Assembly (NCBI RefSeq): GCF_053078305.1
Contig: NZ_CP166879.1
DNA length: 64,000 nt
Reading direction: 5' to 3' (one strand)
Shown piece after piece: positions 19,093 to 30,783 of this stretch; position 1 is the stretch's first letter; every line of letters begins with the position of its first letter. The notes beneath the pieces were generated by a model, which worked only from the letters and a program-made list of their open reading frames with translations, searched no databases and was not told the DNA's origin. A program made the position numbers and the translations under genes.

Positions 19093-19121
19093 ATTTAAAT
19101 CCACCACAAGAAGCCCCATAT

Positions 19122-19565
19122 ATGAAAAACGCGACGTTCTACCTTCTGGACAATGACACCACCGTCGATGGCTTAAGCGCCGTTGAGCAGTTGGTGTGTG
19201 AAATTGCCGCAGAACGTTGGCGCAGCGGTAAGCGCGTGCTCATCGCCTGTGAAGATGAAAAGCAGGCTTACCGGCTGGATGAAGCCCTGTGGGCGCGTCC
19301 GGCAGAAAGCTTTGTTCCGCATAATTTAGCGGGAGAAGGACCGCGCGGCGGTGCGCCGGTGGAGATCGCCTGGCCGCAAAAACGCAGCAGCAGCCCGCGC
19401 GATATATTGATTAGTCTGCGAACAAGCTTTGCAGATTTTGCCACCGCTTTCACAGAAGTGGTAGACTTCGTTCCTTATGAAGATTCTCTGAAACAACTGG
19501 CGCGCGAACGCTATAAAGCCTACCGCGTGGCTGGTTTCAACCTGAATACGGCAACCTGGAAATAA
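19122..19565 (+). CDS. holC: DNA polymerase III chi subunit
   Basis: 147 aa, [46 protein letters not shown]. Its stop overlaps the valS ATG. Confidence 0.96.
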
Positions 19566-22420
19566 TGGAAAAGACATATAACCCACAAGATATCGAACAG
19601 CCGCTTTACGAGCACTGGGAAAAGCAGGGCTACTTTAAGCCTAATGGCGATGAAAGCCAGGAGAGTTTCTGCATCATGATCCCGCCGCCGAACGTCACCG
19701 GCAGTTTGCATATGGGTCACGCCTTCCAGCAAACCATCATGGATACCATGATCCGCTATCAGCGCATGCAGGGCAAAAACACCCTGTGGCAGGTCGGTAC
19801 TGACCACGCCGGGATCGCTACCCAGATGGTCGTTGAGCGCAAGATTGCCGCAGAAGAAGGTAAAACCCGTCACGACTACGGCCGCGAAGCTTTCATCGAC
19901 AAAATCTGGGAATGGAAAGCGGAATCCGGCGGCACGATTACCCGTCAGATGCGCCGTCTCGGCAACTCCGTCGACTGGGAGCGTGAACGCTTCACCATGG
20001 ACGAAGGCCTGTCCAATGCGGTGAAAGAAGTTTTCGTTCGTCTGTATAAAGAAGACCTGATTTACCGTGGCAAACGCCTGGTAAACTGGGACCCGAAACT
20101 GCGCACCGCTATCTCTGACCTGGAAGTGGAAAACCGCGAATCGAAAGGTTCGATGTGGCACATCCGCTATCCGCTGGCTGACGGTGCGAAAACCGCAGAC
20201 GGTAAAGATTATCTGGTGGTCGCGACTACCCGTCCGGAAACCCTGCTGGGCGATACTGGCGTAGCCGTTAACCCGGAAGATCCGCGTTACAAAGATCTGA
20301 TTGGCAAATATGTCATTCTGCCGCTGGTTAACCGTCGTATTCCGATCGTTGGCGACGAACACGCCGACATGGAAAAAGGCACCGGCTGCGTGAAAATCAC
20401 TCCGGCGCACGACTTTAACGACTATGAAGTGGGTAAACGTCACGCGCTGCCGATGATCAACATCCTGACCTTTGACGGCGATATCCGTGAAAGCGCCCAG
20501 GTGTTCGATACCAAAGGTAACGAATCTGACGTTTATTCCAGCGAAATCCCGGCAGAGTTCCAGAAACTCGAGCGTTTTGCTGCACGTAAAGCAGTCGTTG
20601 CTGCGGTTGACGCACTCGGCCTGCTGGAAGAAATTAAACCGCACGACCTGACCGTTCCTTACGGCGACCGTGGCGGCGTAGTTATCGAACCAATGCTGAC
20701 CGACCAGTGGTACGTGCGTGCCGATGTACTGGCGAAACCGGCGGTTGAAGCGGTTGAGAACGGCGACATTCAGTTCGTACCGAAGCAGTACGAAAACATG
20801 TACTTCTCCTGGATGCGCGATATTCAGGACTGGTGTATCTCTCGTCAGCTGTGGTGGGGTCACCGTATCCCGGCATGGTACGACGAAGCAGGTAACGTTT
20901 ATGTTGGCCGCAACGAAGAAGAAGTGCGCAAGGAAAATAACCTCGGTGCCGACGTTGCCCTGCGTCAGGACGAAGACGTTCTCGACACCTGGTTCTCTTC
21001 TGCGCTGTGGACCTTCTCTACCCTAGGCTGGCCGGAAAACACCGACGCACTGCGCCAGTTCCACCCAACCAGCGTGATGGTATCTGGTTTCGACATCATC
21101 TTCTTCTGGATTGCCCGCATGATCATGATGACCATGCACTTCATCAAAGATGAAAATGGCAAACCGCAGGTGCCGTTCCACACCGTTTACATGACCGGCC
21201 TGATTCGTGATGACGAAGGCCAGAAGATGTCCAAATCCAAGGGTAACGTTATCGACCCACTGGATATGGTTGACGGTATTTCGCTGCCAGAACTGCTGGA
21301 AAAACGTACCGGCAATATGATGCAGCCGCAGCTGGCGGACAAAATCCGTAAGCGCACCGAGAAGCAGTTCCCGAACGGTATTGAGCCGCACGGTACTGAC
21401 GCGCTGCGCTTCACCCTGGCGGCACTGGCTTCTACCGGTCGTGACATCAACTGGGATATGAAGCGCCTGGAAGGTTACCGTAACTTCTGTAACAAGCTGT
21501 GGAACGCCAGCCGCTTTGTGCTGATGAACACGGAAGGTCAGGATTGCGGCTTCAACGGTGGTGAAATGACGCTGTCGCTGGCGGACCGCTGGATTCTGGC
21601 AGAGTTCAACCAGACCATCAAAGCGTACCGCGAAGCGCTGGACAGCTTCCGCTTCGATATCGCTGCAGGCATTCTGTATGAGTTCACCTGGAACCAGTTC
21701 TGTGACTGGTATCTCGAGCTGACCAAGCCGGTAATGAACGGTGGCACCGAAGCAGAACTGCGCGGTACTCGCCATACGCTGGTGACTGTACTGGAAGGTC
21801 TGCTGCGCCTCGCGCATCCGATCATTCCGTTCATCACCGAAACCATCTGGCAGCGTGTGAAAGTACTTTGCGGTATCACTGCCGACACCATCATGCTGCA
21901 GCCGTTCCCGCAGTACGATGCATCTCAGGTTGATGAAGCCGCACTGGCCGACACCGAATGGCTGAAACAGGCGATCGTTGCGGTACGTAACATCCGTGCA
22001 GAAATGAACATCGCGCCGGGCAAACCGCTGGAGCTGCTGCTGCGTGGTTGCAGCGCGGATGCAGAACGTCGCGTAAATGAAAACCGTGGCTTCCTGCAAA
22101 CGCTGGCGCGTCTGGAAAGCATCACCGTGCTGCCTGCCGATGACAAAGGTCCGGTTTCCGTTACGAAGATCATCGACGGCGCAGAGCTGCTGATCCCGAT
22201 GGCTGGCCTCATCAACAAAGAAGATGAGCTGGCGCGTCTGGCGAAAGAAGTGGCGAAGATCGAAGGCGAAATCAGCCGTATCGAGAACAAGCTGGCGAAT
22301 GAAGGCTTTGTCGCCCGCGCACCGGAAGCGGTCATCGCGAAAGAGCGTGAGAAGCTGGAAGGCTATGCGGAAGCGAAAGCGAAACTGATTGAACAGCAGG
22401 CTGTTATCGCCGCGCTGTAA
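19565..22420 (+). CDS. valS: Valyl-tRNA synthetase
   Basis: 951 aa with HIGH-type motif ([11 protein letters not shown]), KMSKS and a C-terminal coiled coil. Confidence 0.98.
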
Positions 22421-22442
22421 TCAAAACACAGTGATGAAAACG

Positions 22443-22470
22443 AAGGCCGGAGCATGCTCCGGCCTTTTTT
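22443..22470. terminator. Rho-independent terminator shared by the convergent valS and yjgN
   Basis: AGGCCGGAGC / GCTCCGGCCT stem followed by TTTTTT. Confidence 0.85.
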
Positions 22471-22475
22471 ATCTC

Positions 22476-23672
22476 TTACAGAAATGGTAAAGAAGGCATA
22501 ATTCCCCGTGAAATACTGGCTAAGAATCCTTTATCTGGTTGTTCTTCTTTATTGATTAAAGGAAGGTCATCCAAATCGCCCAGCAAATACGTATTTTTTG
22601 CCTGCCAGTCAATCATCCATATTTTCAGCAGTGGATAAGCCAGACCGCCCGTAATCCCGGATATCACCACCAACGCACACATGCGATAAAGCATACCGTG
22701 GTATGTTAAAGTTGAGCGAAAACGAATACGCCCATCATTCAGTGACAGGTTGCTCATAAAATGATTTCGCAACGACACCGTTAAATAACTGGTGCTAACA
22801 GCAATCCCAAAATAATAGATTAACTGCGCGATTATCATTTTACGTTGCATTTCCATAAATTGCTGTAAATTCTCAATATCATCATTTGCATACACAGAAC
22901 TATCATACGCATTTAATATTTGATCGAAGATAATATAACCAGCAACAGCGAGAAAAGGTAATAAAGCTAAAAATGCGAGGATGGCATATTTTATACAATA
23001 CGCAGTATCTAATTTCACCTTGAAACGATGTATACCGAAACTGGTATTGCTCCAGAGAAAACTCATTACCAGGCTATATAAAGTACCATTAAAAATACCA
23101 ATGGAAACAATACCAACTATTGCCATCAGAACCACAGATATAATAACACTACTTGAACTATTGGCATGTAGCATCTTTGTCGAGATAAAGAAAACAGTCC
23201 CCATCCCAATGGCCATTAAAATCGGCAAGAAAAAGGTTACCCACCAGAACCCTTTCATAGAGCAATTAAAACTAAATCTTACGCCGTTGAGACTAGTCAT
23301 CAAGGCCTGATAACGCAGTCCTTTTGCTGCCATAAATATAAGCAAAACCAACAGTGACAAAGTCAAAACACAGCCAATAAGCGGCATATCTGCTGACACT
23401 GTCATTAAGATTGCGAAATAGAAAAAAACAAAAACAAGACAACTAACAAAAACATTCCCACCGGTAATCCCATAAGAAAATCGTTGTCCGTTAACTTCCA
23501 TATTAGCATAGAGATAACGCTTACATTTCATTAATGCCCATGGTAAATAGATACCTAGCGTTATAATCGTTAACAACACATTCACCACACAAATAAGAAA
23601 ATATCTCTCACCTGTACCATGAAAAACAAACGAATGGGACGGAACATCCATTTCATTAATAACTTGAGCCAT
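22476..23672 (-). CDS. yjgN: DUF898 family inner membrane protein (398 aa from MAQVINEMDV)
   Basis: Polytopic membrane protein matching YjgN. AT-rich. The ORF-track start at 23699 is an extension. Confidence 0.88.
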   Translation of the reverse strand: MAQVINEMDVPSHSFVFHGTGERYFLICVVNVLLTIITLGIYLPWALMKCKRYLYANMEVNGQRFSYGITGGNVFVSCLVFVFFYFAILMTVSADMPLIGCVLTLSLLVLLIFMAAKGLRYQALMTSLNGVRFSFNCSMKGFWWVTFFLPILMAIGMGTVFFISTKMLHANSSSSVIISVVLMAIVGIVSIGIFNGTLYSLVMSFLWSNTSFGIHRFKVKLDTAYCIKYAILAFLALLPFLAVAGYIIFDQILNAYDSSVYANDDIENLQQFMEMQRKMIIAQLIYYFGIAVSTSYLTVSLRNHFMSNLSLNDGRIRFRSTLTYHGMLYRMCALVVISGITGGLAYPLLKIWMIDWQAKNTYLLGDLDDLPLINKEEQPDKGFLASISRGIMPSLPFL

Positions 23673-23864
23673 AAAAATTCCCTGAATTAAAAAATCCATT
23701 GATATAATTTATAGATACAGACAGTAAAATGTTCTGCCACGTTACAATACTCTTATCAGTAATAGGCTGGCAAAAACTTTATTGCTTTATAAGATGCTTG
23801 CGCACGTAAGAAGAGAGTGGTATTAAACAAATGTATAATTACTTTATTTTTATTGGGTTAAACT

Positions 23865-24368
23865 ATGAATAACATTGCGCCGCAATCACCTGTAATGCGT
23901 CGCCTGACGCTGCAGGATAATCCTGCTATTGCCCGCGTCATTCGTCAGGTATCCGCCGAATACGGTCTTACCGCTGATAAAGGCTACACCGTCGCCGATC
24001 CGAATCTTGACGAGCTGTATCAAGTGTATAGTCAGCCGGGTCATGCATATTGGGTGGTTGAGTACGAGGGTGAAGTGGTCGGCGGCGGTGGGATTGCGCC
24101 ATTAGCAGGTAGTGAATCGGACATTTGCGAACTGCAAAAGATGTATTTTCTTCCGGCTATTCGCGGTAAAGGGCTGGCGAAAAAACTGGCCTTAATGGCG
24201 ATGGAGCAGGCACGAGAGATGGGCTTCAAACGCTGCTATCTGGAAACGACCGCTTTTTTAAAGGAAGCCATTGCGCTTTATGAGCATTTGGGCTTTGAGC
24301 ATATCGACTATGCGCTTGGCTGCACGGGCCATGTCGATTGTGAAGTGCGGATGCTACGCGAACTCTAA
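23865..24368 (+). CDS. yjgM: GNAT family N-acetyltransferase
   Basis: 167 aa with acetyl-CoA motif RGKGLAKKL. Confidence 0.92.
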   Translation: MNNIAPQSPVMRRLTLQDNPAIARVIRQVSAEYGLTADKGYTVADPNLDELYQVYSQPGHAYWVVEYEGEVVGGGGIAPLAGSESDICELQKMYFLPAIRGKGLAKKLALMAMEQAREMGFKRCYLETTAFLKEAIALYEHLGFEHIDYALGCTGHVDCEVRMLREL

Positions 24369-24403
24369 AAAAATGCCCGCTAGTATGTGCTATCGGGCAT
24401 TTT
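24366..24403. terminator. Bidirectional terminator between yjgM and rraB
   Basis: ATGCCCG (24373-24379) pairs with CGGGCAT (24394-24400), flanked by an A-run and a T-run. Confidence 0.75.
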
Positions 24404-24413
24404 AATCAATTAA

Positions 24414-24830
24414 TTAGTGGCGAACCCCGTCATCGTCTTCATCGACAAAATCTTCATCGTCGCCGTCTTCGCCGTTGGGATCTTCAAAGTAAGTGCCCCA
24501 ACCGTCGTACTCAACGTCAAATTTCTCCGCCAGCGTCATCAGTTGTTCAACCTGGGCATCGATCAGATCGGCATTCAACGCGCACTCGCTGAGGATGTCG
24601 CAGCAAATCACGATATCACCATCTTCAACTTCCAGCTCTTCTGGATCGGTCACTTCGTAACCGAGTTTAAACGCTTCAACTGCTGCTTTTTCCAGGGTTT
24701 CCAGATCGTCTGCGGAAAGATGGTGTTCGATGGTGTACAGCGCGTCCGGATCGCTGCCATCTTCCAGTAATTCTTCAATAATCAAACGTGTTTCTTCACG
24801 CTGTTCTTCCAGTTGTTCCGGGTTTGCCAT
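24414..24830 (-). CDS. rraB: RNase E inhibitor protein B
   Basis: 138 aa, very acidic, [32 protein letters not shown]. Matches RraB/YjgD. Confidence 0.95.
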
Positions 24831-24927
24831 GGCTCATTCCTCTTAATGTCCTGCCGATACTCATATTGTCACACACCACTGGCATTGCCTCCACCTTTGT
24901 GACAAAGATTTATGCTTTAGACTTGCA

Positions 24928-24966
24928 AATGAATAATCATCCATATAAATTGAATTTTAATTCATT
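24928..24966. promoter_or_regulatory. Tandem ARG boxes (ArgR operator) overlapping the argI promoter
   Basis: AATGAATAATCATCCATA and AAATTGAATTTTAATTCATT fit the TNTGAATWWWWATTCANW consensus. They lie about 25-65 bp upstream of the argI ATG. Confidence 0.8.
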
Positions 24967-24991
24967 GAGGCGTTAGCCACAGGAGGGATCT

Positions 24992-25996
24992 ATGTCCGGG
25001 TTTTATCATAAGCATTTCCTGAAATTACTCGATTTCACGCCAGCTGAACTCAACAGCCTGCTGCAGTTAGCCGCGAAGCTGAAAGCCGATAAGAAAAGCG
25101 GCAAAGAAGAAGCCAAACTCACTGGTAAAAACATCGCGCTCATCTTCGAAAAAGACTCGACCCGTACCCGATGCTCTTTCGAAGTTGCCGCATATGACCA
25201 GGGTGCTCGCGTTACTTATCTCGGCCCAAGCGGCAGTCAGATTGGTCATAAAGAGTCGATTAAAGACACTGCACGCGTGCTGGGTCGCATGTATGACGGT
25301 ATTCAGTATCGCGGCTATGGTCAGGAGATTGTCGAAACACTGGCGGAATACGCTGGCGTGCCGGTATGGAACGGCCTGACCAATGAGTTTCACCCCACGC
25401 AGTTGCTGGCGGATCTCCTCACCATGCAGGAGCATTTACCCGGTAAAGCATTCAACGAAATGACGCTGGTCTATGCAGGTGACGCACGTAACAACATGGG
25501 CAATTCGATGCTCGAAGCTGCGGCGCTTACCGGTCTGGATTTGCGTCTGGTCGCGCCACAGGCATGCTGGCCGGAAGCTGCGCTGGTTACGGAATGCCGC
25601 GCTCTGGCACAGCAAAATGGCGGGAATATTACGCTAACGGAAGATGTAGCCAAGGGAGTAGAAGGTGCTGACTTTATCTATACCGATGTGTGGGTGTCGA
25701 TGGGGGAAGCAAAAGAGAAATGGGCTGAACGCATTGCATTGCTGCGTGATTATCAGGTGAACAACAAGATGATGCAGTTGACTGGTAACCCTGAGGTCAA
25801 ATTCCTCCACTGCCTGCCCGCTTTTCATGACGACCAGACGACGCTTGGCAAGAAAATGGCGGAAGAGTTTGGCCTACATGGCGGAATGGAAGTGACTGAT
25901 GAGGTCTTCGAATCTGCCGCCAGCATTGTATTTGATCAGGCGGAAAACCGCATGCATACCATCAAAGCGGTGATGGTCGCGACGCTCAGTAAATAA
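24992..25996 (+). CDS. argI: Ornithine carbamoyltransferase
   Basis: 334 aa with STRTR, HPTQ and HCLP motifs. Confidence 0.97.
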   Translation: MSGFYHKHFLKLLDFTPAELNSLLQLAAKLKADKKSGKEEAKLTGKNIALIFEKDSTRTRCSFEVAAYDQGARVTYLGPSGSQIGHKESIKDTARVLGRMYDGIQYRGYGQEIVETLAEYAGVPVWNGLTNEFHPTQLLADLLTMQEHLPGKAFNEMTLVYAGDARNNMGNSMLEAAALTGLDLRLVAPQACWPEAALVTECRALAQQNGGNITLTEDVAKGVEGADFIYTDVWVSMGEAKEKWAERIALLRDYQVNNKMMQLTGNPEVKFLHCLPAFHDDQTTLGKKMAEEFGLHGGMEVTDEVFESAASIVFDQAENRMHTIKAVMVATLSK

Positions 25997-26053
25997 TTGA
26001 TATCGCTATAAAGATGCCGGGAAACACAAAAAACATCCCGGCATCACATTAAT

Positions 26054-27934
26054 TTATGCAGTGATAGTTTTTTTCTTCCAGCCAAATTTTTCTATTGCTA
26101 TACGTAAATTTTCCGGAGGATTTAGTGTATTTAAACGCTGTTGGTCAATAAATGGCGATACATTAACCTCCGATTTCAAGATAGTTTGCATCATTCTAAA
26201 CCTAAGTTTTAATTCATTATTAAGTTTTTCTTCAATAACATCTTTTGGTTGATTTTTCATAATCTCTTCATTAGACTCTTTATTATTAAAATTATACCCT
26301 AACTTATCAAAATAAATCTTTTCATCCTCATAGCTCTTAAGTAACCGAGGGAAGTACCAATTAATCATCTCAGTGTTTTTCATAAAAAAATCATTCATAA
26401 AAATATCATTAACTAAAATACTGACAGGTACTTTATTAAATACTGACTCAACATTATTAAATATTCTTTGTATTAAATATGTTTTTTCTCGATTGCTTAA
26501 GTTAAAATCATTGACATATACAACCAACTTTTTCCAAATCAACTCCTGTAATTCAGGGCTATTTTTATAGGGTTCTTTATCGAGATTGAAAAATAATGTC
26601 TCAGCTACTTTAGACTGATCGCGACGAAAATTAATATGATTTATTACGGAGCATGCATGCTCTATCTTTGCAGAATCATCAAAATATTGCATGCTTTTAT
26701 TAAAACACCACTCCAGTATTTTTACATCATTATTATATGGCAATTCTAAAAAAGTCATCAACATCGAATGGATGACCGGTGTAAGATTAACCTTTGCATC
26801 ATCTAAGGATTCAATAAGAATATGAGACAGGTTAATCATGATGTCATTAATTTCATTGTTACCTTCTTTGTCATTATCAATTCCGTGATCATTTAATTCG
26901 TAGAGCTTATCTATTTCTTCAAGTATACCATTTTCGCCCAGTAAGTATGAAATCGATTCACTACATACATGAGGCATTAATAGCAGATGTTCGTTCCTTA
27001 TTGCTAATAATGCATTATTCAATGATTTTTCTAATAAATCCGTAATCGTAGAATCAACTGAACCTTTACAACTCACCTGCGAATTATTTAAGTCCTGCGA
27101 GTTATTTAACTCCTGCGAATCATTTAACTCCTGTGGATTATTTAACTCCTGTGGATTATTTAACTCCTGCGAATTATTTAACTCCTGCGAATTATTTAAC
27201 TTCTGAGAATTATTTAACTCCTGTATATTATTTAACTCCTGTATATTATTTAACTTCTGTAGGTTATTTAACTTCTGTAGATTATTTAACTTCTGTAGAT
27301 TATTTAACTTCTGTAGATTATTTAACTTCTGTAGATTATTTAACTTCTGTAGATTATTTAACTTCTGATGATTATTTAATAGACGCGCTATTTCCTTGTT
27401 AGCTTCGCGTTGGTAACACGCCAGAACCTTGTTAGTAATCAGGTGTAATGAACTATCATCTTTTCTTTCAAAAGACTTCCCTTCATAACGATTAGTCGAA
27501 CCATCAGATTGTTTAAATATAATGACTGTATGTCCTTCACGAATCCCTTCAGTAGAAGCTGAGGCAAGTGTAATTTCTATCTTCACCTTAGATAAATCCG
27601 CTCGCTCCCCTTCAGGATTATTCATGTAAAACTTCATTTTTTCATTGCCATCAGTATCTTTAGAATAAGATGAGGACTCAATATGAGTCATCATATTTCT
27701 ACCCGCTTCGTTGGAGCGTTTGCTAAAATCCACATAACCCAGGGTAAATATCTTTGCCAAAAACTCCAAAAATGCTCTAGGAGAAAGAATATTGCTTCTG
27801 CTATTCTGCCTCCCGGCAATTCGGGCAAAATCATTCATTCCCACATACCAGGTATCTAAGGCTTCACTTTTTTGTTTAAAATTGTCGGCTAATGTAATGT
27901 GTTGAGAATAATTCAAATCTGATATTTTGCTCAT
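26054..27934 (-). CDS. yjgL: Uncharacterised AT-rich protein with an internal hexapeptide (LNNxQx) repeat array, 626 aa
   Basis: MSKISDLNYSQHITLADNFKQKSEALDTWYVGMNDFARIAG. It matches YjgL in sequence and in its position between argI and tabA. No known domain recognised. Confidence 0.9.
   Translation of the reverse strand: MSKISDLNYSQHITLADNFKQKSEALDTWYVGMNDFARIAGRQNSRSNILSPRAFLEFLAKIFTLGYVDFSKRSNEAGRNMMTHIESSSYSKDTDGNEKMKFYMNNPEGERADLSKVKIEITLASASTEGIREGHTVIIFKQSDGSTNRYEGKSFERKDDSSLHLITNKVLACYQREANKEIARLLNNHQKLNNLQKLNNLQKLNNLQKLNNLQKLNNLQKLNNLQKLNNIQELNNIQELNNSQKLNNSQELNNSQELNNPQELNNPQELNDSQELNNSQDLNNSQVSCKGSVDSTITDLLEKSLNNALLAIRNEHLLLMPHVCSESISYLLGENGILEEIDKLYELNDHGIDNDKEGNNEINDIMINLSHILIESLDDAKVNLTPVIHSMLMTFLELPYNNDVKILEWCFNKSMQYFDDSAKIEHACSVINHINFRRDQSKVAETLFFNLDKEPYKNSPELQELIWKKLVVYVNDFNLSNREKTYLIQRIFNNVESVFNKVPVSILVNDIFMNDFFMKNTEMINWYFPRLLKSYEDEKIYFDKLGYNFNNKESNEEIMKNQPKDVIEEKLNNELKLRFRMMQTILKSEVNVSPFIDQQRLNTLNPPENLRIAIEKFGWKKKTITA
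27074..27379. repeat. 17 x 18-bp in-frame tandem repeat inside yjgL
   Basis: The unit is TTATTTAACTYCTGNRNA on the plus strand. Five consecutive identical copies of CTTCTGTAGATTATTTAA, plus one 1-nt variant, lie at the 27.25-27.36 kb end. The array encodes LNNHQK, (LNNLQK)x6, LNNIQE x2, LNNSQK, LNNSQE x2, LNNPQE x2, LNDSQE, LNNSQD, LNNSQV. Confidence 0.95.
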
Positions 27935-28056
27935 GACGAACTCCTTGAGTTAATAAGAACGTCTAAGCATTACAAATTTTACTCACAAAAAAATATCAAA
28001 AAACGCTCTTTTCACAAACTCGCCGTAAACCTGGAGTTATTTACGGCGAAAAGTCA

Positions 28057-28521
<465 letters not shown>

Positions 28522-28653
28522 TTAATTAAAACAACGTTTCATTTCTAGCGTTATACGAAAAGATGATCAATTCCGCTAGCCTTAACGCGTGAATTATTGT
28601 CTTATCACAACTTATCGGCAGGCGCGTTCCCGCCTTTCGGGTCAAGGCCCGCA

Positions 28654-29247
28654 TCACTCCTTGAGAATAGTTTTTATCGCTCCCCCCGCCAGTGCAGCTG
28701 TTGCACAGAGTTGTTCGAGGGAGTGCCCCTCTCGTGCCTTCGCAGAAAGCCCTGACATCACGGTACTCATAAAATCAGTCACACATTGTGCGCTTTGTGG
28801 ATGCCGCCTGGCGATATAGTCATAAATGGCCGTTTCTGCGGCGTGATAATATTGAACGGCAATATCACGCGCTTGTGGATCATGACTATGAATGCCTTCA
28901 AGAACCATACAGCCAGCGCAGCCGCCGTTTTGGCTATATCTGCGCGCCGCTTCTTTTAATACCTCAGCCAGGCACTCCCCTACCGGACGATCATCACGAA
29001 GAATATCGACAAGCGGAATAGCTTCCGTACCGACATATTCATTGAGTACACGGCTAAATAACCCAGCCTTACTGCCAAAAGCCGCGTAGAGGCTCGGGGG
29101 GTTAATACCAAGATAATCAGTAACTTCAGCAACACTGACAGCATCGAAACCTTTTTGGTGAAAAAGCACTTTTGCCGCAGAGACTGCCTGCTCAGGAGCG
29201 AAACGTCTGGGACGACCTGGAACGCGAGATTGTTTTTTAGTGACCAT
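28654..29247 (-). CDS. bdcR: TetR-family repressor of bdcA
   Basis: 197 aa with TetR N-terminal HTH (GFDAVSVAEVTDYLGINPPSLYAAF). It is divergent from bdcA. Confidence 0.93.
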   Translation of the reverse strand: MVTKKQSRVPGRPRRFAPEQAVSAAKVLFHQKGFDAVSVAEVTDYLGINPPSLYAAFGSKAGLFSRVLNEYVGTEAIPLVDILRDDRPVGECLAEVLKEAARRYSQNGGCAGCMVLEGIHSHDPQARDIAVQYYHAAETAIYDYIARRHPQSAQCVTDFMSTVMSGLSAKAREGHSLEQLCATAALAGGAIKTILKE

Positions 29248-29248
29248 T

Positions 29249-29284
29249 ACAAAACTTGTTGACAGAAAGTTAAAACAGTTTTGT
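29249..29284. promoter_or_regulatory. Candidate BdcR operator in the bdcR-bdcA intergenic region
   Basis: ACAAAACT (29249-29256) and AGTTTTGT (29277-29284) form a perfect 8-bp inverted repeat flanking TTGACA. This is a typical TetR-type operator layout. Confidence 0.55.
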
Positions 29285-29317
29285 AATGCATGTTACATAA
29301 TAAATCAAGGAGTCCTT

Positions 29318-30031
29318 ATGGGCGCTTTTACAGGTAAGACAGTTCTCATCCTCGGTGGCAGTCGTGGAATCGGTGCCGCTATCGTACGTCGTTTCGTCAC
29401 CGATGGGGCCAATGTACGATTCACCTATGCGGGGTCGAAAGATGCCGCTGAACGCCTGGCACAAGAGACGGGAGCGACAGCAGTATTTACAGATAGTGCT
29501 GACAGAGACGCTGTCATTGATGTCGTTCGTAAGAGCGGCGCATTGGATATCCTGGTGGTAAATGCAGGTATTGGCGTCTTTGGCGATGCCCTGGAATTAA
29601 ATGCCGACGATATTGATCGCCTTTTCAAAATCAATATTCATGCTCCTTACCATGCCTCTGTTGAAGCCGCCCGGCAGATGCCCGAAGGCGGGCGCATCTT
29701 AATCATCGGCTCCGTGAATGGCGATCGTATGCCTGTTGCAGGCATGGCTGCTTATGCCGCCAGTAAATCTGCCCTGCAAGGCATGGCGCGCGGGCTGGCC
29801 CGTGATTTTGGACCGCGTGGGATCACCATCAACGTCGTCCAGCCAGGGCCAATTGATACCGACGCTAATCCCGCCAACGGGCCAATGCGCGATATGTTGC
29901 ATGGTTTTATGGCTATCAAAAGACATGGGCAACCGGAAGAGGTCGCTGGTATGGTCGCATGGTTAGCAGGGCCAGAAGCCAGTTTTGTTACCGGCGCGAT
30001 GCATACCATTGATGGCGCGTTTGGCGCATAA
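29318..30031 (+). CDS. bdcA: c-di-GMP-binding biofilm dispersal mediator, SDR family (237 aa from MGAFTGKTVLILGG)
   Basis: GGSRGIG Rossmann motif and YAASK. AAGGAG SD before ATG 29318. The ORF-track start at 29240 is an extension. Confidence 0.93.
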   Translation: MGAFTGKTVLILGGSRGIGAAIVRRFVTDGANVRFTYAGSKDAAERLAQETGATAVFTDSADRDAVIDVVRKSGALDILVVNAGIGVFGDALELNADDIDRLFKINIHAPYHASVEAARQMPEGGRILIIGSVNGDRMPVAGMAAYAASKSALQGMARGLARDFGPRGITINVVQPGPIDTDANPANGPMRDMLHGFMAIKRHGQPEEVAGMVAWLAGPEASFVTGAMHTIDGAFGA

Positions 30032-30161
30032 CCGACTACGCTCAATTAAGCCCAGCCATTATCCATGATGTCTGGGTTTTGTTTACTCACGTCGTCCGCT
30101 AAAAGCGGCTCCCGGTAAATATAAATCTTCTGTTCATGTCGTAAATCTTGAGGATAACCAA

Positions 30162-30557
30162 ATGGTAGAAAGAACCGCTGTTTTCCCTGCTGGCCGACAT
30201 TCACTGTATGCAGAACATCGTTATTCTGCGGCTATTCGTTCCGGCGATTTGCTGTTTGTTTCCGGGCAAGTAGGAAGTCGAGAGGACGGATCACCAGAAC
30301 CCGATTTTCAGCAACAAGTCAGACTGGCATTTGATAATTTGCATGCGACCCTGGCTGCTGCGGGATGCACTTTTGACAATATCATTGATATTACGAGCTT
30401 TCATACCGATCCAGAAAAACAATTCGAAGACATCATGACGGTGAAAAATGAAATATTTAGCACCCCACCTTATCCAAACTGGACGGCGGTGGGTGTTACA
30501 TGGCTGGCAGGCTTTGATTTTGAAATTAAAGTGATAGCGCGCATCCCTGAGCAGTAA
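30162..30557 (+). CDS. yjgH: RidA/YjgF-family (RutC-like) protein
   Basis: 131 aa; matches YjgH. Confidence 0.9.
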   Translation: MVERTAVFPAGRHSLYAEHRYSAAIRSGDLLFVSGQVGSREDGSPEPDFQQQVRLAFDNLHATLAAAGCTFDNIIDITSFHTDPEKQFEDIMTVKNEIFSTPPYPNWTAVGVTWLAGFDFEIKVIARIPEQ

Positions 30558-30783
30558 GCAATAGTGTTAGCCGTTCGTTTTCACACTCCGCCCTATAAGT
30601 CGGATGAATGGAATAAAATGCATATCTGATTGCGTGAAAGTGAAAAAGAAAAAAGCAGGAAATGTCTGCAATTATTGATACCGAACGACAGTCGCCTGCA
30701 GAATCACATCAAATAAAAATGCATATATTTTGACTTATAATTCAAATAAACCGTTTGCGCTGACAAAATATTGCATCAAATGC

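Noticed and set aside
19520-22099. Long ORFs antisense to valS (447 aa at 19520-20863, 358 aa at 21023-22099, and others)
   Set aside because: They lie entirely inside, and opposite to, an unambiguous 951-aa valS reading frame. Their translations are low-complexity, Arg/Val/Phe-rich and have no motifs. Open antisense frames of this kind are a known by-product of codon bias in highly expressed enterobacterial genes.
27074-27379. Possible CRISPR array or non-coding satellite (regular 18-bp repeats)
   Set aside because: There are no unique spacers, the units are contiguous and in frame, and the array lies inside a long ORF and encodes a coherent hexapeptide repeat. The antisense 89-aa ORF (27133-27402) is a mirror artefact.
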